From: Eledone cirrhosa
Lineage: Eukaryota
Assembly: GCA_964016885.1 (NCBI GenBank)
Contig: OZ024742.1
Coordinates: forward strand, 356,686,001-356,750,000
Length of the DNA: 64,000 bases
Reading direction: 5' to 3'
Below the pieces are notes generated by a model that saw only the letters and a list, made by a program, of their open reading frames with translations, was not told the DNA's origin and searched no databases. Positions 24,536 to 36,739 of this stretch are shown piece by piece; position 1 is the first letter of the stretch; the number at the start of each line of letters is the position of its first letter. A program made the translations under genes and the position numbers.

Positions 24536-26108
24536 GAAATCTGGTCGCATCCACTGAGATATACATATACACATACATATTGGATACCTTTTGATGGTCC
24601 TTTACCTTTTTCTTCTACAACATGGGCGCATAATAAAATACATGGAACTCTTTTAACCATCTTTTGATCTTATATATTATATTATACACACACACATATA
24701 TATATGTATATACACATACATACATCAAAAGAGTCAGCAGTATGTCAACAGGGAACAGGTCAGCCACCTTAGATAGTGTAATGAGTACTGTGGTGATGGT
24801 GGGGAGCGAGTGTAGACGTTATTGTTATTGTGGTGGTGGGGGTCAGTGAGATGTACAAGTTCATAGTTCATTTGTTCCTTGTTCCTCTCTTTTCAAAATT
24901 TGAATTCATGGCCATCTGCAATGGCGGACAAGTATATATAATATAAGAAGCAAAGAAAAGAAAATTTCAATGATAAGAAAGATCTCCTGGTAGAAGTTCA
25001 GGTGTATTCAGTGGTGGTATCCAGTTTTGGGGTATCCAATTAGAAAATCCAACGAATTATTTTGAGATGTCCACGCAAGCATTGATATATATATGTATAT
25101 GTATGTAAAATGTACGGAGAAATAACGACACATATGCCAATGAACATGCCCCCACGTTAAACACAGAGGGACTGCAAATGATAACAACAATAATAATATT
25201 CAGATATAAATATAAATGTACATATCTCTATTGGTCTCATAATTTTTCTCTCTTCCCTTGTGTTTAGCAACAGGTGGTTGTGTGATGCTGCTGACTCTAG
25301 CAGAACCCAAGAAAACACGTCTTGCCCTAACAGCCGCTGCTCCCTATTATATATATATATGTGTGCATGTATGTATATATATACATACTACTGTGCGCCT
25401 GTATACATATATGTATGTGCGTATACATACTTATATTTGTCATAAATATTTAATACTAAAAGTACTATGTGCAGAAATAGTTTTGTGTTTGAAAGAGAGT
25501 ATGACTAGAAATGATAGGAAAAAAATGATATGAGCATATTGTCACAAAAAATGTAGCATAAGAAAGAAAGAAATTCACTGCTATTAGTCAAGATTAAATG
25601 TTGCAGAAATATGCCATTTGATCACTTGCAGGAACATGCATAAGAGAGTAGTTTCTCTCCACTCTTTCCCATGTGTGCAACTGTCAGAAACTAGACATGT
25701 CTATTCAGCAGTCAACTGCGGCAAAAGTACATATGATGTGCACAGACACACACACACTTGCACATACCACTTCCCATATATATATATATATATATATATC
25801 ATCATCACTGTTTTATGTTAATTCTTCCACGCTAGCATGGGTTAGATGGGTTGTCCTGTTGTGGGCAATGTTAGATCGGCTGATCTTGTCTTGCTCATAT
25901 GGGAACTGATTTTGGCTTGATTTCTAGAGCTGGATACGCTTCCTAACACCAACCTCATTTACAGTGAGTGCTGGGTGCTTTTTATTCCATTGTGCCTATA
26001 TATATATATATATATATTGGTTGTCCCTCGTAAACGATGATGACATCATTTTTAATTTAGTTCCCTGTCTGCCGTGGGCACGAATGTGGCTGTGGAGTCC
26101 GCTCCTTG

Positions 26109-26198
26109 ACTTATTAAAATAACAGATTAAAGTTTAAGCAAAGAAATGCTGCTTTCACCCTTAATGGGATCTTCAGAAGATCTGTTATTTTAATAAGT
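26109..26198 (-). ncRNA. Candidate type I hammerhead ribozyme with long stem I
   Basis: Minus strand: CTGAAGA-TCCC ATTAA GGGT-GAA-AGCA...TGCT-T; 19-bp outer helix 26109-26127/26180-26198; only 2 bp of stem I next to the core. Confidence 0.6.
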
Positions 26199-26285
26199 AT
26201 TTGCTCTAGGGTTCTTATATATTTGATATATATTTATCCTTATCGAGTCCTCTTTGGACTTTAGTCTTCATATTTATAATTTTTG

Positions 26286-26332
<47 letters not shown>

Positions 26333-26372
26333 ATGAAATATAAGAATCAAAGAACTGTTCAAAACATTATTG

Positions 26373-26419
26373 TGCTTACAGCTGTTTCCTCCAAACCGAG
26401 GTTTGGATTCTTCGGAGCA
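26373..26419 (-). ncRNA. Minimal hammerhead ribozyme with U4C core substitution (Penelope pLTR relic)
   Basis: Minus strand: TGCT-CCGAAGA-ATCCAAAC CTCG GTTTGGAG-GAA-ACAGCTGT-A-AGCA. Confidence 0.65.
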
Positions 26420-27552
26420 ATTTATTAATGCATGGACAGTTATATGACCTCATTTTCAGCCAAGAGACATACCGATACATATGCAAATATTGTGGGTCAA
26501 CATTCATTACAGAATTTAGAGTGGCAGTACACACTTCGAGATTACATTCATATTAAGAGGTACAATCAAAAATCAAAAATACAGGTTAAAATACAACATG
26601 AATAACTGCCTACCACTATTTAGGGTGTGTATAAAAAATACTTATAACTGCATAAGGTTTTGTATTTACATAACCATAAATAGTATAACTAATACTATAT
26701 ATATATATATATATATAACCCACGCCAGCATGGGAAAATGGACATTAAACAGGAATGATGATGATGATATTACAGAATCACAGAATCAACAACAATTATA
26801 TTTTGTAATACATATGACAATGCAGAAAATAATCTGAATATGAAACTATTACATTACTAATTACACATATTCAATTGTTTCAGATAATAAAGAAAAAAAT
26901 ATACTAATTACCATAGTTAAAATAAATAAGATAGTTAGTAAATAAAAGACTATGTGTTAACAGCAGGTATGTCTTTTTAGTACTACAATATATAAGCTAT
27001 CCATTGCGAGTTCAGTCGAAAACTGAATCATATGTGTTTTTTGAAATTTAAGTAATTAACATCACGTTGGGGTTGACAAGACACCATGTGCTTTTTAGTA
27101 TGAAATGGATAGCAAAGAGGTTCATAGGAGAGCTGGAAATAGCTCACCAACTCCTTCAAATCGAGCAGCTTGAGCAACTAAGCAGTACACAAAACAGACA
27201 TAAATAAATAAAAATAAATGCGTTGTTGTTTCATAAAAGGTCAATGGGAATTAGATGTGAAAAATATCCATTGGTAGTTCAGTTGGTTTGAAACATCCAT
27301 CCAACCCATGAAAACATGGAAAAACAAATGTAAAATTGTGATGATACTTATCTTAACATTCTCATAAGAGAGAAAAAGTAAAGAGATTTAACAGACACAA
27401 TATTATTAGCAGTCAGAATTTAGGTTGAACACATCAATACTGCCACCTAACATTTGAACACGCACGCACTCACACATACACACATTCACGTATGCATGCA
27501 CTCATGCACTCGGGCATGCATGCGGCTGATTTGTTAGTGTGTTAGATTAATT

Positions 27553-27584
<32 letters not shown>

Positions 27585-27683
27585 GTGTATTTACTTATAT
27601 ATGTGTGTATATATGTATATATATATATGTGCACATATATATCTATATATAAACATATATATATGTATATATATATATATATA

Positions 27684-28250
27684 TCATCATCGTTTAAGAT
27701 CCATCATCCACGCTAGCAGGGGTTGGATGGGTTTGTCCCACTTGAGGCAAGATTGGTCGGGAGACCATGTCTCGCTCATACAGAACTGTTTCTGGCAGGT
27801 TTTCTACGGCTGGATGCCCTTCCTAACACCAACCACATTTACAGTGTGGACCGGGAACCTTTTTACCGTGCCTCCTATATGACCACTTAACAGTGTTGAC
27901 TGGGTGCTTTTGTCGTTTCATCTACAAAACCACTTTATAGTCTGAGCTGGGTGCTTTTTGTTGTCACAGCTACATGACCACTTTACAGAAGTGGGATGGA
28001 GTAGGCTGTGTGGGCTGGGGTGTATATTGGGTTAAGAGGTGCCTACTGACTGTAGGTTTAAGTTCATATGTAAGGGAAGGCGGGTCTTCTGTATAACTGC
28101 TTAACACCAAAGATCTCGATCCACTGACATTTTCTTAGAGAGGTGTAGGTGAGCAAGGTCAGTTTTTATCACCTCGTCCCAGGTTTTTCTTGGTCTACCC
28201 ACTCTGTAGCTTCTGTCAATTTTGATCGCTCTGCACGTTTTTACACAATG
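27684..28250 (-). mobile_element. RTE 3' end with long modular 3' UTR (diverged)
   Basis: GRPRKTWDEVIKTDLAHLHLSK; three diverged ~48-bp units; tail. Confidence 0.85.
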
Positions 28251-28829
28251 TTAGATGACAGGATTGGTGTGTTCAAGAAACATTCTGAATGCTATTAATT
28301 TTGTGTTTGTTGTCTCTCTTCAATTTTTCTCTCTTTTGAGAATGATAAAACAAGCATTAGATAAAGTACTGGAAATGTGTCTACTTGACTAAAACTTAGA
28401 TGAAATGATGCTCCAGCATGACAACGCTCTAATGATAGAAAACTGTAAATGAATAATTAAAAAAAAGAAAACAACTTCATACTTACCTACTTAACATATG
28501 ACATAGTAAATAAGGTTAGGCCATTTGTTTGATAAAAAGGTAAAGTTCAACCATAAATATATATATAAAGCAAAAACAATTATTTATTTTTGTTAGTAAT
28601 CATAGCCAAAGATTGGTGGCTCTTTAGCTTCAGTAGTTTCTGAGATGCTGCAATGGACACTTAATCAATCAACGACACTAGTATTTGTATTGCAGACTTT
28701 AGTTTCTTATTTCTAAACTCCAAGTTCAAATGCTGCCTCAATTGTTTATCTAGGGTCAATAAGGTATTTACAGTTGATTTAATTCATGTACAGAAGATTT
28801 TAGCTGCTGCTGTCATTGTTGTTGTCAAG

Positions 28830-29568
28830 CGTAGCCATGACATGTCGGTAGCCATCTTGAAATTTTTTCGTGGCGAAAAAGTTTTTGAAATACTGCTAAT
28901 TTTTCAAAAATCTTAAAAGGAATATTCTGGATTTTCGCAAGTTGCGACGTGGCAATAAAAGTTAAACTGAATGAATAAGAAGGGCTAAGTGATATTCTTA
29001 CGTCGGGGTCACCACTTTAGCAGTATTAGTTGTTGATGCTATCGCCACTTTAGCGGGGTGGTAGAATCAGTGGTCGTTAGTTGCCAGTGTGGTAAGTGAT
29101 AGTATCCTCGTTGGATTATCTTGTTGACATAGACGTGAGGGAAGGTCCCTCGATCTATTTACCATCTATTTACAATATTCCTTTCGTCAGGTCGCCAATT
29201 CCAGCAGCATGGATTAAAGATGTTATTGAGACACGAGTAACATAACAACGACTTCAACCGCAGTAATTAGAGATGAAATGTTTGTTTATTTATATGGTTG
29301 AAGTTACAGATACAAAGAGGTTACAAAATGGAATGTGCCATTGCGCCGTTAAGCCGGCGAGGCTAGTGGTGCAATATCTCACTGTTACATTATGCGTGTT
29401 GCTGGCTCGAAGTTTCTGGTACAAGAGCGAGATTCTTCAAATCTTCGCGGTGAATTTCTTCCTCAGGGCGCGTAGGGATACATCCTCTTCTACTGGCGCT
29501 GATTGGCTGAACTGAGCCAAATCACGCACAGAGAATGTATGTGAGCTCGCGGAATGTAGGTCACTACA
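28830..29568 (-). mobile_element. Truncated Ty3/gypsy-like LTR retrotransposon: 5' LTR, PBS region, possible gag start
   Basis: CpG-rich block starting TGTAGTGA at 29568; AATAAA near 29285; candidate ACA end at 29221; 29000-29014 ACGTCGGGGTCACCA equals a eukaryotic tRNA-Trp 3' end including CCA; ATG at 28855. Confidence 0.65.
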
Positions 29569-29701
29569 AGATGATTAAATGAAATAAGAGGTACTTAATT
29601 TGTTAGCTCCTACATGTTATTATGGATCATATTTGCACACTGAATGTATGTGGCCTAGTTGTTAGGGTATTGGATTAATATGCGTAATATTATAGGTTTG
29701 A

Positions 29702-29760
29702 CTAGCAGTGTATCCCGGCGTTGCACGGGTAAGAACATTGGTAATAGCACCTCCAATGAG
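29702..29760 (-). mobile_element. Helitron 3' terminus (body may extend to ~30390)
   Basis: Minus strand: CCCGTGCAACGCCGGG hairpin, short spacer, CTAG|T; interrupts a SINE head at its B-box; 5' TC end not located. Confidence 0.65.
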
Positions 29761-30398
29761 AAACACATATTTGTGAGTGCCTGTTAAAAACTCACGAAAA
29801 TATACCAACAGTCAAATTGTTTTATTTGGAGAAAATTAAGAAGTAGAAAGTACAGTTTAGCTGTCTACGTGGATTGTTCATAGAAATATTGTTTTGGCCT
29901 TTTGGAGTAAATGTGAAAGAGAAAGTCACAGGTTAAGTTGGCAGAAGGTTCCAGTGTCATAGCAGTAAGGGTAGGCTACTTACCTCACAAGTTCATTCGC
30001 ACTCTTTCCACTAAGTTACTCTTTCTCTCTATCCCTCTCAGTGCAGTCCCTTGCGAATTTCTCGTGTAGGCCTGGTGTAGATTTGCACCTGATCCATCTA
30101 CCTGATGCACATGTCCGCTTTGTACGACTTTTGGAGGAAGGAGTGACCAGCACTACATTATTCGGTATTATTATGAAAAGGTGTAGCAAAGAATCCCGCG
30201 TGAACTAACAGCTCTGGAGGAAACTGTTTACCTCGAAGATTCATTCGCCATCGTTCTTGTCAATGCTCCATTTACTTGGTATTTATTGGTCTACAGTTAG
30301 ATGAATGGTGCACAAAGGGTTAATGTTTATTGGCAATAATTTTTTTGAATAATAAAAGACGGGTTAAAGTGACCTACAATGTATTGGTATATAATTAT

Positions 30399-30790
30399 GG
30401 AGGTGTATGGCTTAGTAGTTAGAGCATTAGCCTTGCAATCGAAAGGTTGTGAGTTCAATTCTCAGACTGGGTGATGTGTTGTTTCCTTGAGCAAGACACT
30501 TTATTTCACATTGCTCCAGTTTACTCAGCTGTAGAAATGAGATGATAGGGACTGGGGTCCCTATTATTCCACTGCAAAGTGGTCGTGGAGGTGCCGCGGC
30601 AAAAAAGCACCCAGCCCACACTGCAAAGTGGACGTGTAGGCGCCACGGAAAAAAGCACCCAGCACTCACTGTAAATGAGGTTGGTGTTAGGAAGGGCATC
30701 CAGCTGTAGAAGTCAAGCCAGAATCAGTTCCCGTCCCACCATTGCAAGCAGGGAAAAGCGGACGTAAAATTAAATTAATGAATGAATGAA
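30399..30790 (+). mobile_element. tRNA-headed CORE-type SINE with family-A tail and (GAAT)n end
   Basis: Same head and body as 17737; tail CCCACCATTGCAAGCAGGG...GGACG. Confidence 0.87.
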
Positions 30791-30835
30791 ATGATATATA
30801 TATATATATATATACATATGTGTGTGTATGTATGC

Positions 30836-30867
<32 letters not shown>

Positions 30868-30870
30868 ATG

Positions 30871-30907
<37 letters not shown>

Positions 30908-30960
30908 ATATACATATATTTTATGTGTATGTTTATATATATGTATATGTGTATATATAT

Positions 30961-33410
30961 CATTAAACTCAGACTAGTCCCAATCGTAGCTGCCAGACGA
31001 ACTTAAGGATAGGTTTTACGAGTCCCTAATGCACACTACTGCTCTAACAGACGACAATGATTTCCTAATCATCGCAGGAGATTTTAACGGACACGTAGGT
31101 AAACACTGCGACGGCTTCAATAGAGGACATGGAGGCCATGGGGTTGGCACAAGAAATGAGGAAGGATTCAGACTTCTAGAATTCTGCGACGCCAATGACA
31201 TGTCGATATGTAACACAAACTTTAAAAAACCCGACAACCACCTGATCACCTATAGACCAGGGGACCACTCTAGTCAGATAGATTTTATCCTCATCAGAGG
31301 ACGTGGCAGATGGACGGTCGTAAACACAAAAGCCTTCTCTAGTGAGTAAAGTCCATCCCAACATAGCTTAGTTGTCAGCGACCTCACAGTCAGAACTAGA
31401 CGAACCTGGAAACAGAGGCCAACCTGGAGAAGAAAGATCTGGGAGCTAAAATACCCCTCAACCAGTAACAAAATTAAAGATATTTTACTCAACACCTACG
31501 ACAGTAAAGAAGAACAGATAGTGACATACAATGTAGAAGAGAACTGGGAGTTCCTAAAAAATAACATACTAGAGGCGACGGATGAGGTCTGTGGCTGGAG
31601 TAAGACCTCAAGCAGGAGAAGAGTGACTTGGTGGTGGAACAATAAGGTAGATGGGGCAGTTAAGGCCAAGAGACAGGCATGGAAAAAATGGAAGAATGGG
31701 GGGAGCAGGGTACATTACATAGAGACCAAGAGGGAAGCTAGGCGACAAGTATACTTAGCTAGGAGGGAAGCAGAGGATAGAAAATTCAAGCATGTTTTGC
31801 AACGTGAGGACCAGAAACAGGAGGTGTTCAAGATTGCGAGGCAGTGTGTCAGAGATAGTTGTGATGTCATTGGAGAGAAGTGTATCCGGAATGATAAAGA
31901 TGAGCTTGCCCTCACAAGTGCTGAGAAGAAAGATGCATGGAAGAGTCATTTTGATAGATTACTAAATGAGGAGAATGAATGGGAAGAAGAGACCCTACCC
32001 CAAGTAGACCCTATAGAGGGGCCAGCAGTACAAGTCAGCAGCAATGTAGTAAGTAAGGTAATCAAAGATATGAAGATGGGGAAAGATACTGGTCCATCGG
32101 GTATAGCTGCCAAGATGCTGAAGGCATCTGGGTCTGTAGGTCACACTATAACCACACGTATTGTTAACCAGGTAATACTAGAAGGTGTCATACCAAAAGA
32201 TTGGTGCAGTAGCATCATTGTCAACTGCTACAAAGGTAAAGGTGATGCACTAGATAGAGGAAACTATAGAGGTATAAAGCTGATGGACCAGGTCATGAAA
32301 TAACAGAAAGAGTTATAGCACAGTTGATTAGGGACCGGGTGAAACTAGACGAGATGCAATTTGGGTTTGTACCAGGAAGAGGCACCACTGATGCCCTCTT
32401 CCTTGTCAGGCAGTTACAGGAAAAGTACCTAGCTAAAAGTAAGCCACTCTACCTGGCATTTGTCGACCTTGAGAAAGCCTTTGACAGAGTTCCACATGCT
32501 GTAATCTGGTGGGCTCTTAGAAACACTAGACAGCTTCTGCTACCTAGGTGACTGAATTAGCAGCGGAGGTGGGTGTTCAGAAAGTACAATAACTAGGGTA
32601 AGAATGGGATGGAAGAAGTTTAGGGAACTACTACCACTGCTAGCTACAAAAAGCTTCTCCCTCAGAATGAAAGGCAGACTGTATGATGCGTGTATCCGAA
32701 CAGCGATGTTGCATGGTAGTGAGACCTGGGCGCTGAAGGTGGAAGACTTACGTAGATTAGAGAGAAATGAAGCCTGCATGCTCTGATGGATGTGTAACAG
32801 TAATATACGTGAACGACAAAGCATAAATGAATTGAGAGAGAAACTGAGCATAAGAGGAATCAAATGCTGTGTGCAGGAGAGGCGGTTTCGCTGGTATGGA
32901 CATGTGATGCGTATGAAGGATGACAGCTGGATAAAAACGTGCAGTGCACTAGAAGTCGATGGAAACCGCGGAGTTGGGAGACCCAAGATGACCTGGGATG
33001 AGGTGATAAAAGCCAACCTTACCCAATTACACCTCTCAAAGGCGATGACACACGACCGTGACCTCTGGCGTCACGCAGTAATACAGAGTACCAGACCTCC
33101 CATGGGTACAAACTGAAGCATATAGACAATATGCCCCCACACCCACCACTGCATGGTGGTCGTGGAGGTGCCACGACAAAAAACTCCCAGCCCACACTGT
33201 AAAGTGGACGTGTAGGCGCCACGAAAAAGCACCCAGCACTCACTGTAAATGAGGTTGGTGTTAGGAAGGGCATCCAGCTGTAGAAATCAAGCCAAATCAG
33301 TTCCTGTATGAGCAAGGCATGGTCAGTCGACCAGACACTGCCCACAACAGGACAACCCGTCTAACCCATGCTAGCGTGGATGAACGGACGTAAAACGGTG
33401 ATGATGATGA
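30961..33410 (+). mobile_element. RTE LINE (family B), 5'-truncated, RT core deleted at ~32520
   Basis: AGDFNGHVG, SQIDFIL, NYRGIKL, AFVDLEKAFDRV; WWALR joins directly to the TLDSFCYLG region; 3' UTR as in 17140-17689. Confidence 0.93.
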
Positions 33411-33480
33411 TATATGTATATATATATATATATGTATATATAAGTATATATGAATATATGTGTGTGTGCGTGTGTGTGAA

Positions 33481-33650
33481 TGTAGCGAAGATAATACGTC
33501 AGCAATGACGTGTTCGTCAGAATGTCGTAGTGCAGACAGCAGACATACAGACAGATATTATAAGAGCGCGACGAGACGGATAACCGGCGCCTAACACCAC
33601 TTTAACAACAGAAAATTGTAAAATAAAAGCTGCAGTTAATACCTTTAGAC
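33481..33650 (+). mobile_element. Possible LTR fragment
   Basis: CpG-rich, starts TGTAGCG, has TATTATAAG and AATAAA; 3' CA end not found. Confidence 0.35.
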
Positions 33651-34818
33651 CGCAAGGAATATATAAATGCAAGTCTATATATTCCTTGCAAGCAGGGAAA
33701 AAGCGGACATAAAATGAAATGAATGAATGAAGTTTGAAGTCAATCAGAGTAGAAATGTGGATTTGTATAGACTTTGCAAAAATGATGACACAGACACACA
33801 CACAGACAACTATAGTTTTTTATATATATATTATGACATGGGCTGGTTCATTGTGTTTTGAGCGAAACTCTTGTTTCATGTTAATTCAGTACACACATGC
33901 TGAAAATGAGAACCGACAGTAGCTGGAGGTTGACCCTGTGATGGACTGGCATCCTGTCCAGGGAGGGGTCTTGTTACTCTGATATGAAACTGGAATAAGC
34001 ACTGGCCCAATGAGCTTCAACATCATCATCATCACCACCACCACTACCATCCTCCTCCTCATCATCATCATCATAATCCTTATCATTATCATCCTTTTAC
34101 ACTTGTGTTGCCATACTTACATGGGTTGGACAGGTCTTTTCCAGTACATTCCCTTCCACTTATTGCATTTCTTCAGTATTAAAACATCATAGCAAACCAC
34201 CTTATGGTCTAACAGACAATTATATTCATTATATTTTAAACAAACATTTCAATCAACAAACAACTTAGGCTTTATTATAAAATTTAACCAAGTGATTGGC
34301 AGTATCAGTAGAACATTGGACACCATACTTCACAGCAGAGAATTACAGCACTTTATGTTCTAGTTTCAAATCCCATTGAGGTTAGCTTTGACTTTCCTCC
34401 TTACAGGGTCAATAAAATACAGTATCAATAATGCACTGGGGTCGATTAAATCAATTTTCCATTCCCCCAAATGTATTAGCTTTGTTCCTAAATCAGAAAC
34501 TTATAACACCTTACTTAATTATGTCTAACTTAAAAGCTTTTTTATTGGAATTTCACAGCAATCCTCAATGAATTGATATAAAACTTTCTCCTACAATAAC
34601 TCCCAATATTTATATTTAAACGAAATCACAACTTTTCAATACCATCAATAGTTATAAGAGTTCATTTAAACTGCTGCTATCAGCAGAAAAAGGGTTGAAA
34701 TATCTCTAGTCTATATCTTATTGATAGAACTACTGGAAACTAAAATATAACATCCTTACTTAACTACCGTAAATTGTAGAGAAGTCAACCCCAAAAGAGT
34801 TAACACAAAAATCTGCTT

Positions 34819-35000
34819 TAGGTCCATATTTGCTGTATAAGACTATCTCCAAATGTGTTAGGTCAATATTTGCTGTATAAGACTATCTCCAAATGTGTTA
34901 GGTCTATATTTGCTGTATAAGACCATCTCCAAATGGGTCAGGGCTATATTTGCCATATAAGAACACCTCAAAATGTGTCAGGGCTATATTTAGACTATAA
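34819..35000. repeat. 40-bp minisatellite, about 4.5 copies
   Basis: GGTC.ATATTTGCTGTATAAGAC at 34821, 34861, 34901, 34941, 34981. Confidence 0.9.
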
Positions 35001-36739
35001 GTTCCTCACTTCTGTGCCGTAAATAGACTGTACTAAAACACAACTATTCTTTGTCACTATTTTCAATTGTCTTTTATGGAATACTGCTGAAAATATTTAA
35101 CTTTCCTGAATATATTTACTGTCAAATAACTTATATATTTATTTCCCGTCTGTAGTCTTACATTTGACACCATCTAGGTCTGAAATAAAACTGAAATAGG
35201 TTACCTTCACTCAGATAAACCCAACACACACAATTCTGATCTCCTCATCACCCTAGTTGTGTTTATCATCACAGGCCCTACATTGAATATTATATCTAAT
35301 CTTTTCTGCCTGGAGCATCACTTTAAAAATGTAAGTCTTTACTCTAATACTGCAAAAGTTCACAATGTTCTATCTACTAGTAAATATTTGAATCAACAAA
35401 CTTATTTTTAGATGTTTAGTTCTAAATCATTTCACAGGTAATGCCTGTGAGTGTGCCTGATTGTTTCAGCACCTTAGCCTCTCCATATCCCATTGTAATG
35501 TTGTTTGTTAGCTTGCTTCAAAGTGTTCCATTCACCCTTATGATGTGCAGCCGATTGTCTAGGTGATGAATTGACGGCCGTTTTTGCTTTTGCTTTGCCT
35601 TTTACTTTACCTTTTCATGTATTGTATTTGTGAGGTTCCTAGCATTATTGTATTTTCTATATGTATTTATATTTCCATTCTGTAAGGATTTGTAATGGTA
35701 TTAAATACAACTGTATATTTATTTTGATGTAATAAAATAAAAATTACAAGAGGTAAACTATATGTCAAGATGTTGACAGTCAAGAAATAAATAAATCACT
35801 CGATTGTTCACACTGGGAAAATTCTAATTTTTAAAATTTTACTATTATCATTGAAGACTACCAAATATTGTAGACAAAAACTTCTCATCAATCACCAATA
35901 TACATTTAGTCAGATTAACATGTCTTGAAGTCATTCTATTGTCTTAAGACTTATTTGCTTTTCTGACTAATATAAGATGATTTAGGACTTATTTTAGGTA
36001 CTGCTCTGTACACATAACACACAATGGATATATAAATCATCAATTGCAAAACGTTTGTCAACTTTTCTAACCAAATATTATCAGAATTATTGTAAAAGAA
36101 TTACATAACATCATGAAAAATCAAACTGATTGAAATTTATCTCAAAACAAAAAGATTTTCCACATGAGTTATTGAAAAACATGCTCTATTCTTTTGATTA
36201 TTATTTATTGTAGTAAATTGACCTCCACACCAAATGTATGGCAGCCTTCTAGGAAATTAAGTACACAAACTATTTTTAGAATTGACAAAATTGTTTCAAC
36301 ATTAGGGAAAATATTTGTAGTTTTAGTTATAGAATTTACATCGTGGCTATGTAAGCTTTGCTTTTCACATACTTGGCAGTATTTGAGATTAGAACGCTGT
36401 GAGCTAGAATATATAGTAGGCTATTCTTAATCTGACACCATAATGACTCCTACAATTTTCTGCCTTGAATGATTTCTACAGAGGAAAACCACTGCAGTAA
36501 GTTATAGATAATGTAATATTACTGATGTAGAGGTATAATATGTAGGGTCATGTATGAAGTGGTTAAGGGATATCTAAAAATACTTAGTTCCTTAGGTGAG
36601 GTGACACAGGATCAAGAGACTCAGTGAGATGGTATTCTGAAAAATCATACACTCACTTTTAGAATTTGGTTTTTCACTATAATGTAGCAGATACATAAAC
36701 AAAAGTGTTGGTGTTAGTCATCTAAAAAACATACCATTG

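Noticed and set aside
24100-24660. Poly-Thr/Asn/Gln/Val ORFs as a host exon
   Set aside because: Open on both strands because of triplet repeats; no domain or convincing splice context.
28785-28860. AAGATGGC start as the first exon of a host gene
   Set aside because: The frame stops after 22 codons and lies downstream of a PBS, so a truncated gag start is the better reading.
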